Shown here: one piece after another, positions 51,182 through 64,000 of the stretch
How the letters are laid out: each line of letters starts with the position of its first letter
Position numbering within the stretch: position 1 is the stretch's first letter
Source of the DNA: Octopus sinensis
Lineage: Eukaryota
Reading direction: 5' to 3'
NCBI RefSeq assembly: GCF_006345805.1
Contig: NC_043002.1
Span: forward strand, 80,166,001-80,230,000
DNA: 64,000 bases
Position numbers and translations under genes: made by a program
Notes under the pieces: generated by a model
The model's input: the letters and a program-made list of their open reading frames with translations, nothing else
What the model was told of the DNA's origin: nothing
The model's database searches: none

Positions 51182-52764
51182 TAAAAACAACCGCCAAAAC
51201 GAGACAACTGAGAAGACGGCTGAGATAAAAGACGAGGGAGATAGATAGATAGATTGGTAGATAGCTAGAGAGAGAGATAAATAGAGAGACAAATAGAGAG
51301 AGACAAATAGAGTGAGAGACAAAGAGAGAGAGAGAGACAGGGAGAGATAAAGAGAGGTAGAGAGAGAGCGAGGGTGGGAGTGAGACCTATTCGTTACCTT
51401 TTTTTTTCGGACAAAGCATATCTAAATACTCCATTGACCAACATGGCTTACTTTTATTTCAAAGAGAGAGTGTAATTTAGGGAAGGCAGGAAAGCCATTT
51501 CTAACGAAAAACCACGTAAAGGTTCCATTACTGGTTTGTATAGAAGCTACTTTGCATCCTTGTAGGCTTTTTTGGAAACTACTGACAAGATGAGTGGATG
51601 AGGTGTACTTGTACAGCGTTCGACATTTGAGCTTCTTATATCACTAACAAAGATACTTCAATTCGAATATGTTGGTTATGTTGCTATTGCTATTCATAGC
51701 AAAAAGGAATTCCGGATCATACGAAACTATGGCTAAGCATTGCAACAGAGACATTTAAGAACATAAAATATCTAGCATTTGGCTCCGAGGCTTGTGTGGA
51801 GTTAAGCATCAGATTTAGTAGCAAAACCGTCCCAGCTAAAACGTTCACGAGGTAAGTATGTTCTTACTAATTACTAATCTGGGTGGATCTACAGGAGCAG
51901 AGTTAAAAAAGAAAGTAAACGCTAAATCTCCAAGTGCAGAAGAAGTGGATGAAAACTTATGATCCCCACCGTTAAACTGGCGGAATCGGGCAATGCTGGA
52001 CACACTGGCTATGAAATCACAGCTTAAGCAAAACCTAGACTGACATTAGTCTCTTGCAGTTTCGTTGTCTGATCTTGCAACTCAGATTTCACATGTGCTG
52101 CAGTGGATAACTTCGAGATCAAAGTGTATGAGTTTTACTCCGTTCCAAACCGGGATCCTTCCCAATTAAAATCACGCCACCAGCATTTCTTCAAGGATGA
52201 AAAAAATAGTCGGTAACGAGAAAGATTTGACGACAATATCTAAGATTATATTAACCAATGTGTTCTTCGTATATTAAAACGAATGATTGTGAGAGAGAAT
52301 TTGGCTATTATTTCTAGGAAATTATGACAGTACATAACACTAGAGTTGCTTTCAATGACCCATGTAATGTAGGTTATATCAATGGTGACAGTAATAGAAA
52401 GGGTACTGGTGTTAATTAAAATGTATAAGAGTTTGCGTCTGGTGACGGTGTTGTTGGAGATATTAGTGCTGATAGTAGTATTCTTAACGTATGTTCCCTA
52501 AGGACGTACATTTATTTTACAATCGTATTGTTGATAGAAGTAAGTGTTGCTAACAATAGTGATAATAATAGATGCTATCAATAACTGTATATTGTTTTTT
52601 TTTTATACAGTGATGTAATACATAGATATACTGGCGAAAGAAAATCAAATTTCGTTGTGATGAACACTAAACTGGAAGCATGATCCGAAGTATTGCAGTA
52701 AGATTCACAACCAACATAGTCAACATAAACAAATTCACATAACTCGTGTTGTTTCGCCCTACAG

Positions 52765-52886
52765 CAGCCCTGGGTGGGTAGACGTATGAAGTATGATCAA
52801 AAGAATTCCGGCTGCAACAATGCCATCGTGACTGAATGGAGAGCAGACTCATAAAAATATTTACCAACATGTCGTTTTCTAAAAAG
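52765..52886 (+). other. Candidate exon: either 5'UTR plus start MSFSKK (ATG 52869) or terminal coding QPWVGRRMKYDQKNSGCNNAIVTEWRADS*
   Basis: gttgtttcgccctacag acceptor; AAG|GTGAGA donor; ccaacATG context. Confidence 0.25.
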
Positions 52887-53661
52887 GTGAGATGTGATTT
52901 GAGGGAATTTTGGCTGATGTTTGTAAAATTTGATCTTTCTATGCATATATGTTTCGTAACTTTGAAATTTCCTGCACGGGAATCCAATGCCCTGTTATTC
53001 GCTAAATTCACAGACTTAATAATAATTTCTCACTTTGTGCAATGATAGACAATTTCGAAAAGTCTTAAGGTTGATTTAATCTGGTTCTTTAAGTGATACT
53101 TATTCTAGTAAACCCCTACTGGAGGAAAGGAATAATCGACTCAATGGAGCTCAATCTCAGATTATAAAGAGACATCAGTAAATACCACAAGCCATCTTGT
53201 TTGATGCTCTACCGTCATTGAGAGTCCATTTACTCAGAACCACAAAATATTTTGTCCGACTTATGCCGTCATCCATCATTCCGCACTGCGAGATAGGATG
53301 TCTGATGCTCAACCAAATTTGACAATCCAGTGTTTCGGTACCAATTGGTTTATAATGAGGATTCCATAGAAAATATTTCAGGATTCACAATACAACTACT
53401 GCCAAGCTTTTTGTCTGGAAGATTTAATGATTCTGCTATAAACCGTCATTTGACTATGTTAATATTACTGCTACTATTAATACTACTGAGACTAATAATA
53501 ATAGTAATATCACAATGATAACACCATGATGTTACTTGAAATTTTGATATTCGGGAATCATTTCTTTACACATCAAACATCATACGGCAATGAATAGTTT
53601 TCAGTTGCTAAATTTAATAGGTGTGTGCGCGCGAATGTATGTGCGCACATGTGTGTATGTA

Positions 53662-53697
<36 letters not shown>

Positions 53698-53817
53698 AAA
53701 GAGAGAGAGAGAGAGAGAGGGGGAGGGACAATGAGTTTAACGTTTTGGTTGAATTTATAATGCAGACTTAAGAGTGTGTGTGTTTGTGTGTATTGTATAA
53801 TAGATACATACATACAC

Positions 53818-53873
<56 letters not shown>

Positions 53874-54655
53874 GTGTGTGGAGGGGTTGCTGTGTTTGCA
53901 TGAGTGTTCGTATGTTTCTGTGTGTGGTATACAGCAATCGATATTCATATAACATCTCTGTGTATGTATTGGTATGAACGAACGCGTGCGTTTGTGTAAG
54001 TTTGGGAGAGGAAGTGAAAGAAAGCGATAGAGAAAGAGTGAGAGAGAGAGGGAGAAAGAAAGAAAGAAAGGAAACGTATATTCTTCAAATTTTCGCAATA
54101 ATAGCTCCACAAATTATTTGAAAATAAGCGAAAGGAATTAATGAAATGCAGAGATAACAGCGGAAACAACAGCAACAGCAGCAGCACCAGCAACAACAAG
54201 AACAACAACAAGAACAAGAACAACAGCAGCAGGAGCAGGAACAACAACAACGATAGAGACAGAAGCAATAAATAGCAGCATCAACATCAGAAAAAATAGC
54301 GGCAACAGCGGTAACGATAGTATACAACGTCCATTTTGGTAGAATAATCAACTGCGAAATACATCGAGTGGCAACAAAACACTGGCAGCAATTTAACATG
54401 ATCAACAAAAACATCATCAACAAACAAGCAAACAAACAAGTGCAGTTACAACAAACAATAAAAATCGACAGGAGTAGCTTTAACAGCAACAAAATCATCA
54501 GTAGTAAAGTGGTCATTGATCCTGTTAGAAATAGCAGCCAAATGTGCATTCATTCTCACTCTGGTGATTTCAGAAAGGAAGGAGGTCAAATTGAAGTGGT
54601 AAGAAAACCCTCAAGCGAGCTGAACAGCAAAAGGTCTTCAGAGAAGATACGCTCG

Positions 54656-55030
54656 AAGGCGGCGAGCTGGCAGAAACGTTAGCGCACCGGGCGAAATGCT
54701 TAGCGGTATTTTGTCTGCCGTGACGTTCTGAGTTCAAATTCCGCCGAGGTCGACTTTGCCCTTCATCCTTTCGGGGTCGATAAATTAAGTACCAGTTACG
54801 CACTGGGGTCGATATAATCGACTTAATCCGTTTTTCTGTCCTTGTTTGTCCTCTCTGTGTTTAGCCCCTTGTGGGTAGTGAAGAAATAGGTATTTTGTCT
54901 GCCGTTACGTTCTGAGTTCAAATTCCGCCGAGGTCGACTTTGCCTTTCATCCTTTCGGGGTCGATAAATTATAATCGACTTAATCCGTTTGTCTGTCCTT
55001 GTTTGTCCCCTCTGTGTTTAGCCCTTTGTG
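54656..55030 (+). mobile_element. SINE family B dimer
   Basis: Head ggcggcgagctggcagaaacgttagc, B-box GAGTTCAAATTCC twice, junction AG|GTATTT at 54889/54890; unit length 184 bp. Confidence 0.95.
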
Positions 55031-55289
55031 GGTAGTAAAGAAATAGATACGCTCGCTCAAGCAAGCAATTCTGTCCTTAACTTTCTACTCTCTAAATGTG
55101 CCGGACCGGACCGCACCCAGCTTACGATCTGGGTACCATTCTACTGACAGTGTTTAGCCACTTGAATATCGAAGACTTTTGCATTTAAACCGCTTTGTGA
55201 TTTCATCTAGTTGTAGCTCCTCTCCGCTGACCCAGCTTTCAAATTTAAGATGAAATAACCTTGGTTGTAGCTCTTTTACTCCATAGGCG

Positions 55290-55985
55290 TCTCTGATAGA
55301 AATAGCAGCCAAATTTACCTTTTATTGCACTCTGCTGTTTTCACAAAGGAAGGAGGGTACAGTAGACAATCCAGTTCTAGATACACTACGTCTGAAGCAA
55401 AGACGGAGAGATCACGTCTGGACAATTTTTTATTATAAGTTTGCATGATCAGGACTGATCCAGTGTTAATGAATAAAAAAGACAGTGACAGCTAAAACAA
55501 CAACAACGACAACCAGCAGCGAAAATTGTAGAATATGATATATCTAGCTCTGACTTTCAAATTTGTTACATCTGAGTAGCTAATTACTTAATTACATGGT
55601 GGTTTTCTAGAATATATTTAAGTAATGAAGGCTATAGATAAGGTTATATCCGAGAGCTAACGGACAAAATCATGTTGATGTTTTTCTAATTGTTGTTGTT
55701 TTAATCCTAAAGCCGATATATGTCATGTAGATAGACGGTTGCTCGACTGTTATGCAACCGACACAAGCGTAATGAACCGCCGAAAGAGTCTTTTTATGAA
55801 GTTAACTGTTGTGCTAGAAATATATGCTAAATCCCCCTAAATCACGCTCTACAATTTTGTGAAAGGAAAGACAATGAAAATTTTAGTCTGGAATACACTC
55901 TTTTTGCTAGAAGAAAGAAAAAGAAATAGATTGTTACAACTGTTATGTCTTAGATCCGTTCAATCAGGGCCAAATCTGGGCGAAA
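55290..55985 (+). mobile_element. Two fragments of dispersed repeat family E (about 55290-55470 and 55810-55985); further fragments near 35170-35300, 38450-38590 and 54520-54600
   Basis: Recurrent tagaaatagcagccaaa...aaaggaaggag...tagatacact...gatcagg(a/g)c pattern. Confidence 0.6.
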
Positions 55986-55997
55986 CAACAACGGCAG

Positions 55998-56190
55998 TGT
56001 TGGCGCAATGGCTCAGTGGTTAGGGCAGCGGATTTGAGGTCGTAAGAACGCGGTTTCGATTCCCAGACCGGGCATTGTGAGTGTTTATTGAGCAAAAACA
56101 CCTAAGCTCCATGAGGCTCCGGCGGGGTGGGGGTGAACCCCGCTGTACTCTTTCCCCACAACTTTCTCTCACTCTTTCTTCCTACTTCTG
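55998..56190 (+). mobile_element. SINE family C head and body
   Basis: ggcgcaatggctcagtggttagggcagcgg...gtttcgattcccagaccggg...ctttctctcactctttc. Confidence 0.85.
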
Positions 56191-56472
56191 CCACAAAGCA
56201 GAAGAACCATGGTGTAACCCACTATGGTGTGGTAAACTTTCATACCCTAGTCTAGATTTCGAATCCTCTGTACCACAGGATGGTTCAGCTCTCCACCCGT
56301 TAAAAGCCACCGTTTACGGAATGAGGATAACAACGTAGCTTTCGCGCCCGTTCAACCGCCAGTGTATCGCGTGTGATGGGTGGATCTTCAAGTTGCCAAA
56401 CGCATTCTTAGCAGCTAAAAGTAGGCTCGAATTAATGATTATTCTTTGAGGCTGATGGTGTGACTCCTGATT

Positions 56473-56605
56473 GGAAGAAGAAGAAGAAGAAGAAGAAGAA
56501 GAAGAAGAAGAAGAAGAAGAAGAAGAAGAAGAAGAAGAAGAAGAAGAAGAAGAAGAAGAAGAAGAAGAAGAAGAAGAAGAAGAAGAAGAAGAAGAAGAAG
56601 AAGAA
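56473..56605. repeat. Pure (GAA)n, about 44 units
   Basis: Direct reading. Confidence 0.97.
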
Positions 56606-57351
56606 AACAACGGCAGAAACAAGAGCGGTAGCAGATGCAAAAACAAAGCCCACGAATACCGTGTTCGAGATAAACCGAGTTTTATGCCAATAAAGGAGCT
56701 TCTAAGTGTTGGATGAGCCTGCTATAAATGGCAGTTAAATAACCCATAAATCAAAAGGTCACTATCTTTTCCGAAAGGGCACGTTGGCTAGCACAAAGGT
56801 AAAAGATGGAACTCTCACAGCTAACATAAATTTGATCATAGTTCTGATCGGTCAGAATTGACTCGGGGCTAAACAATTCAAACTATAAGACACACATCTT
56901 TGCTCATTTGAAGATCATGTAGTACAAATTCTTGATTAGTATTTCTCGTATCGGATACAGTACATACAGAAGAGTTCAGGCTGAATGGTTACAAACTTCA
57001 CTTCATAACGATGAGGTGGCATTGTTGCCACGCATAACGTGGCATTGTTGCCACGCATCTGTAGCCACGATTCACCTCAAATCACATAGGTGCAACTGGA
57101 TGGACGAAAACAGTAGAGATACCCGTCCAATAAAGCGACCCCGTAATTCAAAACCTTCGCGTTCACTGTTCACTGAAATACTAAATTTTAAGATGGGTTC
57201 AGTTCCAGGATGGAGCCTTCGTATGTCGTTATAATATAATTGAAACAGTCTTTGTGAAGCAAAAATTATTTGTGATCAAGGTACAAGGCCAGCACTTTTT
57301 AGGGGTGGGATTAGTCGATACCATAAAATCCAGAACTCAAACTGCTACTTT

Positions 57352-57641
57352 ATATAGTTAGTTCCTTCTCGTGCCATGCCTGGCTCATAAGGGCCGGTTT
57401 CCTGGTTTCCTTGGCGTATAGGCTCCCCACCTGGACGGGATGCCGGTCCGTCGCAAGAGGAAAGAGTGAGAGAAAGTTGTGGCGAAAAAGTCAGCAGAAG
57501 TTCACCATTACCTTCTGCCGGAGCCGCGTGGAGCTTAGGTGTTTCGCTCATAAACACATACACATCGCCCGGTCTGAGATTCGAATCCGCGATCCCTCGA
57601 CCGCGAGTTCGCTGCTCTATCCACTAGGCCAAGTGCCTCTA
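57352..57641 (-). mobile_element. SINE family C with a third tail type, nested in a decayed family B copy (57285-57350 and 57642-57800)
   Basis: Family C head at 57570-57641 on the minus strand; family B body and tail on either side. Confidence 0.75.
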
Positions 57642-58525
57642 CTCCTTTAAATAGACTGGTTCTTTCGTCCACCTGAAAGGATGAAATGTAACGTTGGCCG
57701 TGGCATAAACTGAATTCAGAACGTAATGAGCCAAAAAAAAAAAAAAAATTCGTAAAGTATTTTTCTGACGCTCTAGTGTTCTCTCAGCTCGCCACCCTTA
57801 TCAAACAATAATGGCAGAGAAAGAAATCATTCGAGGTCTCATAACACGTGGAGAGAAATACCTTACACAACAACGGCGAACTTTTTAGAGAGTGCTCAGT
57901 TCCCGAAAATGTTACATTTAAGACCAGAACTTATTGTTTGTATCTATCGCAAGCAAGACCAGAATATAAATAAATGAATATAAATGACAATTACACACGG
58001 AACTTTAGTAATGATGCAAATATTGACAGAGATGTGTATACTTTCTTCGATTTGTATCCGTTTCCTCACGTCAGAGATTCAAGGTCAAGCTTTTGAAAGG
58101 GTAAGCTGTTGCTTGAAAATAATGCACAAACAAAAGGAGTGAAACTATTAATCCAAGTGTCAAGGAAACTGTCAATTATGTGACAAATCCGCGAAAGACT
58201 TAACACAAGTGATCAACATCTGCTCAAAGATCCCATCAAGACTGCTTCCTTATGTGGAATTACGTTGATAAACAATATGTAATGTAGTCAGTCGTGAGAT
58301 ATATAAATACTTGCTTCAACATCTGAACATAGAATAACATTCAGAAGCACATACCTATTTTTACTTCAAGAGAATATGTGTCTGTGTGTATGTGTATGTT
58401 ATATGTGCACGTATGTATATATACATACATATGTAGGTATGTACATATACGTATGTATATATGCATATATTCATATATTATTTATTTATTGTATGATCAA
58501 ACGCTACGCATCCTTTTCCAAGTGT

Positions 58526-58642
<117 letters not shown>

Positions 58643-58994
58643 CGAATGGATGACTGGGTGGATGGACGGATGGAGGGATGGATGGACAGATGGATGGATG
58701 GATGATGATGGATGGATGAACGGACGGATGGATGGAAGGATCGATCGATCGATGGTTAGATAGATTCAAAGGAAAGTAAGTTCATCACATGAGCAGTAGT
58801 AAACATAAATGAAGTCCAAAATACACTCGGACACTCGGAGATTTATTTATTTCTTGCATTCTTTGTCGATTTGCTTTATCCTTTCTTTCTATCTACTTCG
58901 ACTCATTCTTGAACTTTCCTTTCGTTTTCTCCACCACCCCTTTTCTATATCTATTTTCCTCTTCTCTTCTTGTAAGGCTTCTTATTCCTGTCTC

Positions 58995-59345
58995 CTTGGC
59001 TAATGTTGAACGGCATTTCGTTTGATAATGCGTTCGGAGTTCAAATGTCTCCGGTGTCGACTTTACCATTCATCCTTTCACAGTCGATAAAATAAGTACC
59101 AGCTGATAACTGCGGTTGATGAAACCGACTTGCCCTGTACCCCTAAATTGCTGGCCTTATGCCAAAAATATAAAACTAATATTACTTCTACACTGCAAGC
59201 GGCTATCTTGCAAAATCGTTACCTGACCGGGTAAAATGTTTAGCGGCGTTTTTACATTTCGGGAAAGGACGAAATAAGTATCATTTGAGAACTGGGGTCG
59301 AAAATGCTACCCTCGAAATTGCTGGCTTAGTGCCTCAATTTAAAA
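58995..59345 (+). mobile_element. Two adjacent decayed SINE family B copies
   Basis: gagttcaaat...gtcgactttaccattcatcc...gtcgataaaataagtaccag...aaattgctggcctt(a/g)tgcc. Confidence 0.7.
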
Positions 59346-59757
59346 TCGGTATTATTTCTACGCTTATAGTCAAATAATGTCTCAAATATTATATTCTGAG
59401 CGTCACATTGTTGTCATTAGAAACCAAATGGAAGCATTAGGCGAATTGAGAAGCGGTAGCGCATAACTTTGATTAAAGACGTAGTATAACCTCAGTTTTA
59501 ATTCCTTTTACATACATAAACACACACATACTCACACACACACATATATATATTATATATATATATATATATATTAATAAAACATACATATATACGCACA
59601 TACATAAACATACATATATATAATCGTATATGTATGTGTGTGTTTCTGTCTGTGGTATGTATGTGTACTTATATGTGTGTGAGTATGTGTTGTGTGTTTG
59701 TGCGTGTGTGTTTATGTGTGTGCGTGTGTATGTATGTATGTAGTATGTATGTATGTA

Positions 59758-59799
<42 letters not shown>

Positions 59800-59935
59800 C
59801 ATATGGAGGAAAACACGAGTTGTTTGACCATCAATCTATATCAGTTCTCCGAAACTTCCACCAACGCCATTCACCATTCCTAACCAATCCAAAAAAAAAG
59901 GAAAAATTATTATTATTATTAACAACAACAACGAC

Positions 59936-59984
<49 letters not shown>

Positions 59985-60798
59985 TGAAGGAAATATTATG
60001 AACAATAATCCAAACGAAAATAAAAACCCCATACCAACACAACAACAACAACAACAATAACAAACGAAACTACTACAATCACTAGCTAAACGAATTCTGA
60101 TAAATAGCTTCTGTCGTCGTAGTTTTTGCCGTCCACTTTCGAACAGAAGCAGAAAGCAAACAACGTCAGTTTGTTTACAATACAATATAGACATACCATT
60201 ACACAGTGCCAGCATTCTGTCAATGTTACCCAGCCGCCATTACTCAATCACATACAAACTTATACAACCCAACACGCCGTTCAAACAGCCAAGAATATTT
60301 CTGTCTTTTCTCCAATTTCTTTCATATTTCTTCTTATTATTCACTTTGTATTCCTTGTTTTCCATTTTCCATTCTCTGCGCGCTGTTTATCTCCTTCTTT
60401 CTGTCATTCGTCGTTTTATTTTCTTTCTGTGTTCGTATATTTTGCTAGTCCGTTTGTTTTTACACTCCTTCTTTTCGCATATACTAGTTTATTTTCGCCT
60501 TCCTATCCACTACTCTCCCTCCCACTCTCTCTGTTTTTCTCATTCTTTCCCTTTCTCTTTCTGTATATATGTATGTATGTGCCTATATATATATATATAT
60601 TTATGCATATATATATATATGTATGTATGTAAATATATATATACATCATCAATCATAAACACACGCTCATAAATACAAACACACACACTCATATATATAT
60701 AACTATGTATGTTTCTGCATACACATACGCACACATGTGTATGTGAGTCTGCGTATATATTAGATAAACACACACGTGTATAAATATATAGATACATG

Positions 60799-60852
<54 letters not shown>

Positions 60853-60891
60853 AATCTATCTATCTATTATCTATGTATCTATCTATCAATC

Positions 60892-60930
<39 letters not shown>

Positions 60931-61828
60931 ATATAGCGTTTGCTATTTTTTTTGAGAACATTCCTTTCTTAGTGGTAAAACCATAAGGGGTCGACTTCTA
61001 GCATAATGGATGTCCACTTAGCGGTCATCCCCCTTATGTATATATATATTATATCAAAATAAGCAACAAGGATATCCAAGGTAGTGTAGTACAATCGTTT
61101 CATGCTACTTCATTTTATTAAACACTGTAAGTATTACATCAGTTTTAAAATGTCGAGCAATCTTCAGCCCCATATAGAAATTTGTTAATTAAATGGACAA
61201 TGCACATTTTTATACTTATTTCATTTGCCAACATTACAAAGAAGGTAGATATATAGACAGAGAGGTTAATTTCATCATTAAGAACATGGTGGTAGCATGT
61301 TCTTCTCCATCTGTAGATTTTTTATCACTGAGTTCACCTTGTTATTTAAGTATATAGAAAGGAAGTTGGTTGTCACATAAATAGCATATATAGATATTGT
61401 ATTTGTATCTAATGTGAACAAACAGATGTAAGACTGGTACTTTCAAGTTTAATGCCCCACGTTCATTATCATTGTCTAGTCTGCTTCCAGTAGAGTGGCT
61501 AAACAACTATTGTAGTACTATTATGATATAGTAGTAATACTAGTCATGAATTACTAGAGATTAGTTTTCTGTAATATAATGCAATAATGTCTTCTCAGAT
61601 GATCCATTCTGTTTAAACATCTAAATGCACTTGGAACATCCAGTGCAACGTCCCGAGCAACGATAACGATGGAACGTACGTAGGAACTTAACATATAAAC
61701 TTATGTTGATCGTAATTTCTCCTTATCTTGTATATTACTTTTGGTAAATGGTCTGTACAATGACACATTAAGGATCTCTTTTTATGAGCGCTACTACAGG
61801 ATTACTTGAATCTATATACTGTGACTTG

Positions 61829-61867
<39 letters not shown>

Positions 61868-61869
<2 letters not shown>

Positions 61870-62249
61870 TCTTTTACTCTTTTACTTGTTTCAGTCATTT
61901 GATGCGGCCATGCTGGAGCACCCCCTTTAGTCGAGCAAATCGACCCCAGGATTTATTCTTTGAAAGCCTAGTACTTATTTTATCGGTCATTTTGCCGAAT
62001 CGCTATGTTACCGGGACGTTAACACATCAGCATCGGTTATCAAGCGATGTTGGGGGGACAAACACAGACACACAAACATATACACACACATATATACGAC
62101 GGGCTTCTTTCAGTTTCTGTCTACCACAAGGCCATGGTCGGCCCGAAGCTATAGTAGAAGACACTTGCCCAAGGTACCACGCAGTGGGTTTGAACCAGAA
62201 CAATGTGGTTCGTAAGCAAGCTACTTACCACACACGCCACTCCTACGCC

Positions 62250-62251
<2 letters not shown>
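61868..62251 (-). mobile_element. SINE family A, full length
   Basis: Reverse complement aligns to the 22077 copy. Confidence 0.93.
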
Positions 62252-62306
<55 letters not shown>

Positions 62307-62374
62307 TATGTATACATAATATATATGTATACATAATATATATATGTATCTATCTATCTATCTATCTATCTATC

Positions 62375-62408
<34 letters not shown>

Positions 62409-63009
62409 CATCCATCGGTGTGTGGGTGTTATACGTATTTCGTCTTATTTACTCTCCATCTATATACCTATATATTTCTGTCTTCTCTTTATTGCAAGTA
62501 TTATATCTTTTCTCTTTCGCTTCACCATTTTTTTCCTTTCATTCTTTGTTTATCTTCTTACATTGATCCCTATTTTCTTCCAACAGCTTCTATCGTTATA
62601 TATACTACTTTGCTACTTCTATGCACCTGTTGATGTTTAGGGCAGACATGAACATTGTAGTACTTCCCATGTCCTCTTCCGCACCTTTATTGTTTATGTA
62701 TCTTAAAGAAGTTTTTTTTTTATTTGCAGTTGTAATTTTTACTTGAAAGCGTGCGTACCAAACACACGTACAGGCTTACAAACGCGCGCGCGCGCACACA
62801 CACACACACCACACACACACACACACACAAAAACAACACACACACACACACACACACTCATATATACGTGTTTGTGTGATTGTTGAGATATATTAATGCA
62901 TGCTCTCTAACGTACAATCGCATAAGACTCCCAGAAATCGAAGAGAGACGCAAACCAACAGTCTGAAATTTCTGAACAGACACGTATATACTTACGTTTT
63001 TTTTTTTAT

Positions 63010-63320
63010 ACGAATGGAACTTCGTCGGTTGCGACGATGTGTGTTTCACTTGATCCCATCAACGGAACAGCCATCACGTGAAATTTTTAACGTGCAAATG
63101 GTTGAACACTCCGCAAACACATTTACCCAAGACGTAGTTTTCTAGGAGATTCAGTGCAACTTTGACTTACAGGGTACAACTCGTTTTGGCCAGCTGATTG
63201 GATTGGACTACCATGAAATAAAGTGTCTTGCCCAAGAACACAACGCTCTGGCAGGACTCAAGCGCACGACCTTACAATCGTGAGCTGAACGTCCTAACCA
63301 CTAAGCCACGCGCCGTCACA
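63010..63320 (-). mobile_element. SINE of the 46960 type (family F head), diverged
   Basis: ccactaagccacgcgcc head; gtgtcttgcccaagaacacaac core; tail homologous to 47190-47280. Confidence 0.7.
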
Positions 63321-64000
63321 TTTTAATACATATTTCGTACACACACACACGCACACACGCATACATTCACACATACACGCATACACAAACATACACGCGC
63401 GAACATACGCACACATATACACACACATACACAAACATACACGCGAGCACATACACACACATATACACACATACACACATACATACTTACACACACATAC
63501 ACTATGTGTATAGATAGACATACGTAGATAGTGTGTATACACTAACAATCACACCAAGTCAAAATTATACTCGCACGCACATACAATAGACATCAACAAA
63601 TATCATAGTCGCAGCACGCAAAAACGCATCAATCAGATATACAAAAAACACACATACACACACACAGGCACTTCCATCCGCACAAACACACACACACACG
63701 CATACACACTCACATACACACATACATATCGAGATTATCACTTAACAAAAATTCCCAAAAACATCTATGTACAATGTCCACAAACACACCAGCATCCAAA
63801 CATACCGTCTATTAATACAACCATATATAATATATACACACATACAAACAAAAAACCTATCATATTCTTTCTAAAAATTTTTGCCTATATTTCTCATCTC
63901 TTTGTCTCATATTCCCCCCACCCCAACCCCTCCTCTCACATACATCCACTTGCTTTCTTTCTCTGACTCCTCTCGCTCTCTTTTTTTTTCACTCATCTAT

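Noticed and set aside
52667-53011. Minus-strand 114-aa ORF with HCC...YVNL...hydrophobic...LP, reminiscent of a Cys-loop receptor loop C and M1
   Set aside because: Spacing is 4 residues off, RR and PC motifs are absent, there is a stop right after LPV, and the good splice signals are on the other strand. An HMM search (Neur_chan_LBD/memb) would settle it.
54880-54900. AG|GT junction of family B multimers as a spliceosomal back-splice
   Set aside because: In the head the base pair upstream of GTATTT is CG, not an AG acceptor, and no GT donor follows the tail end; microhomology explains it better.

Overview
AT-rich eukaryotic genomic DNA made mostly of microsatellites and transposon remnants, with one 100-N scaffold gap (10901-11000). 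The repeat families resemble those I recall from Octopus (coleoid cephalopod) genomes; this is inference from recognition, not a database result. Almost all ORFs in the supplied track are translations of simple repeats. Recognisable coding sequence is all decayed mobile DNA: a 5'-truncated RTE LINE with three C-terminal C2H2 fingers (27.8-29.2 kb), a dead mariner (31.2-32.4 kb), a truncated Tc1 (40.75-41.7 kb), R4/Dong-type LINE fragments (10.2-10.9 and 39.8-40.3 kb), a probable L1/Tx1 fragment (41.7-43.1 kb) and a Penelope-like ORF fossil (23.0-23.7 kb). There are about 20 copies or fragments of several tRNA-derived SINE families, here given working labels A, B, C and F. No host protein-coding gene can be named. 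A promoter-like island at 15.5-15.9 kb and several isolated exon-like segments are reported at low confidence. The most interesting signal is a set of Penelope-type minimal hammerhead ribozyme motifs. One forms the 3' tail of a tRNA-headed (Pol III A/B box) SINE-like element that sits in an inverted dimer at 37.0-37.4 kb, suggesting a ribozyme-bearing SINE that may be mobilised by Penelope-like elements. No CRISPR, rRNA or functional tRNA was found. Ends of decayed repeats are approximate (tens of bp).
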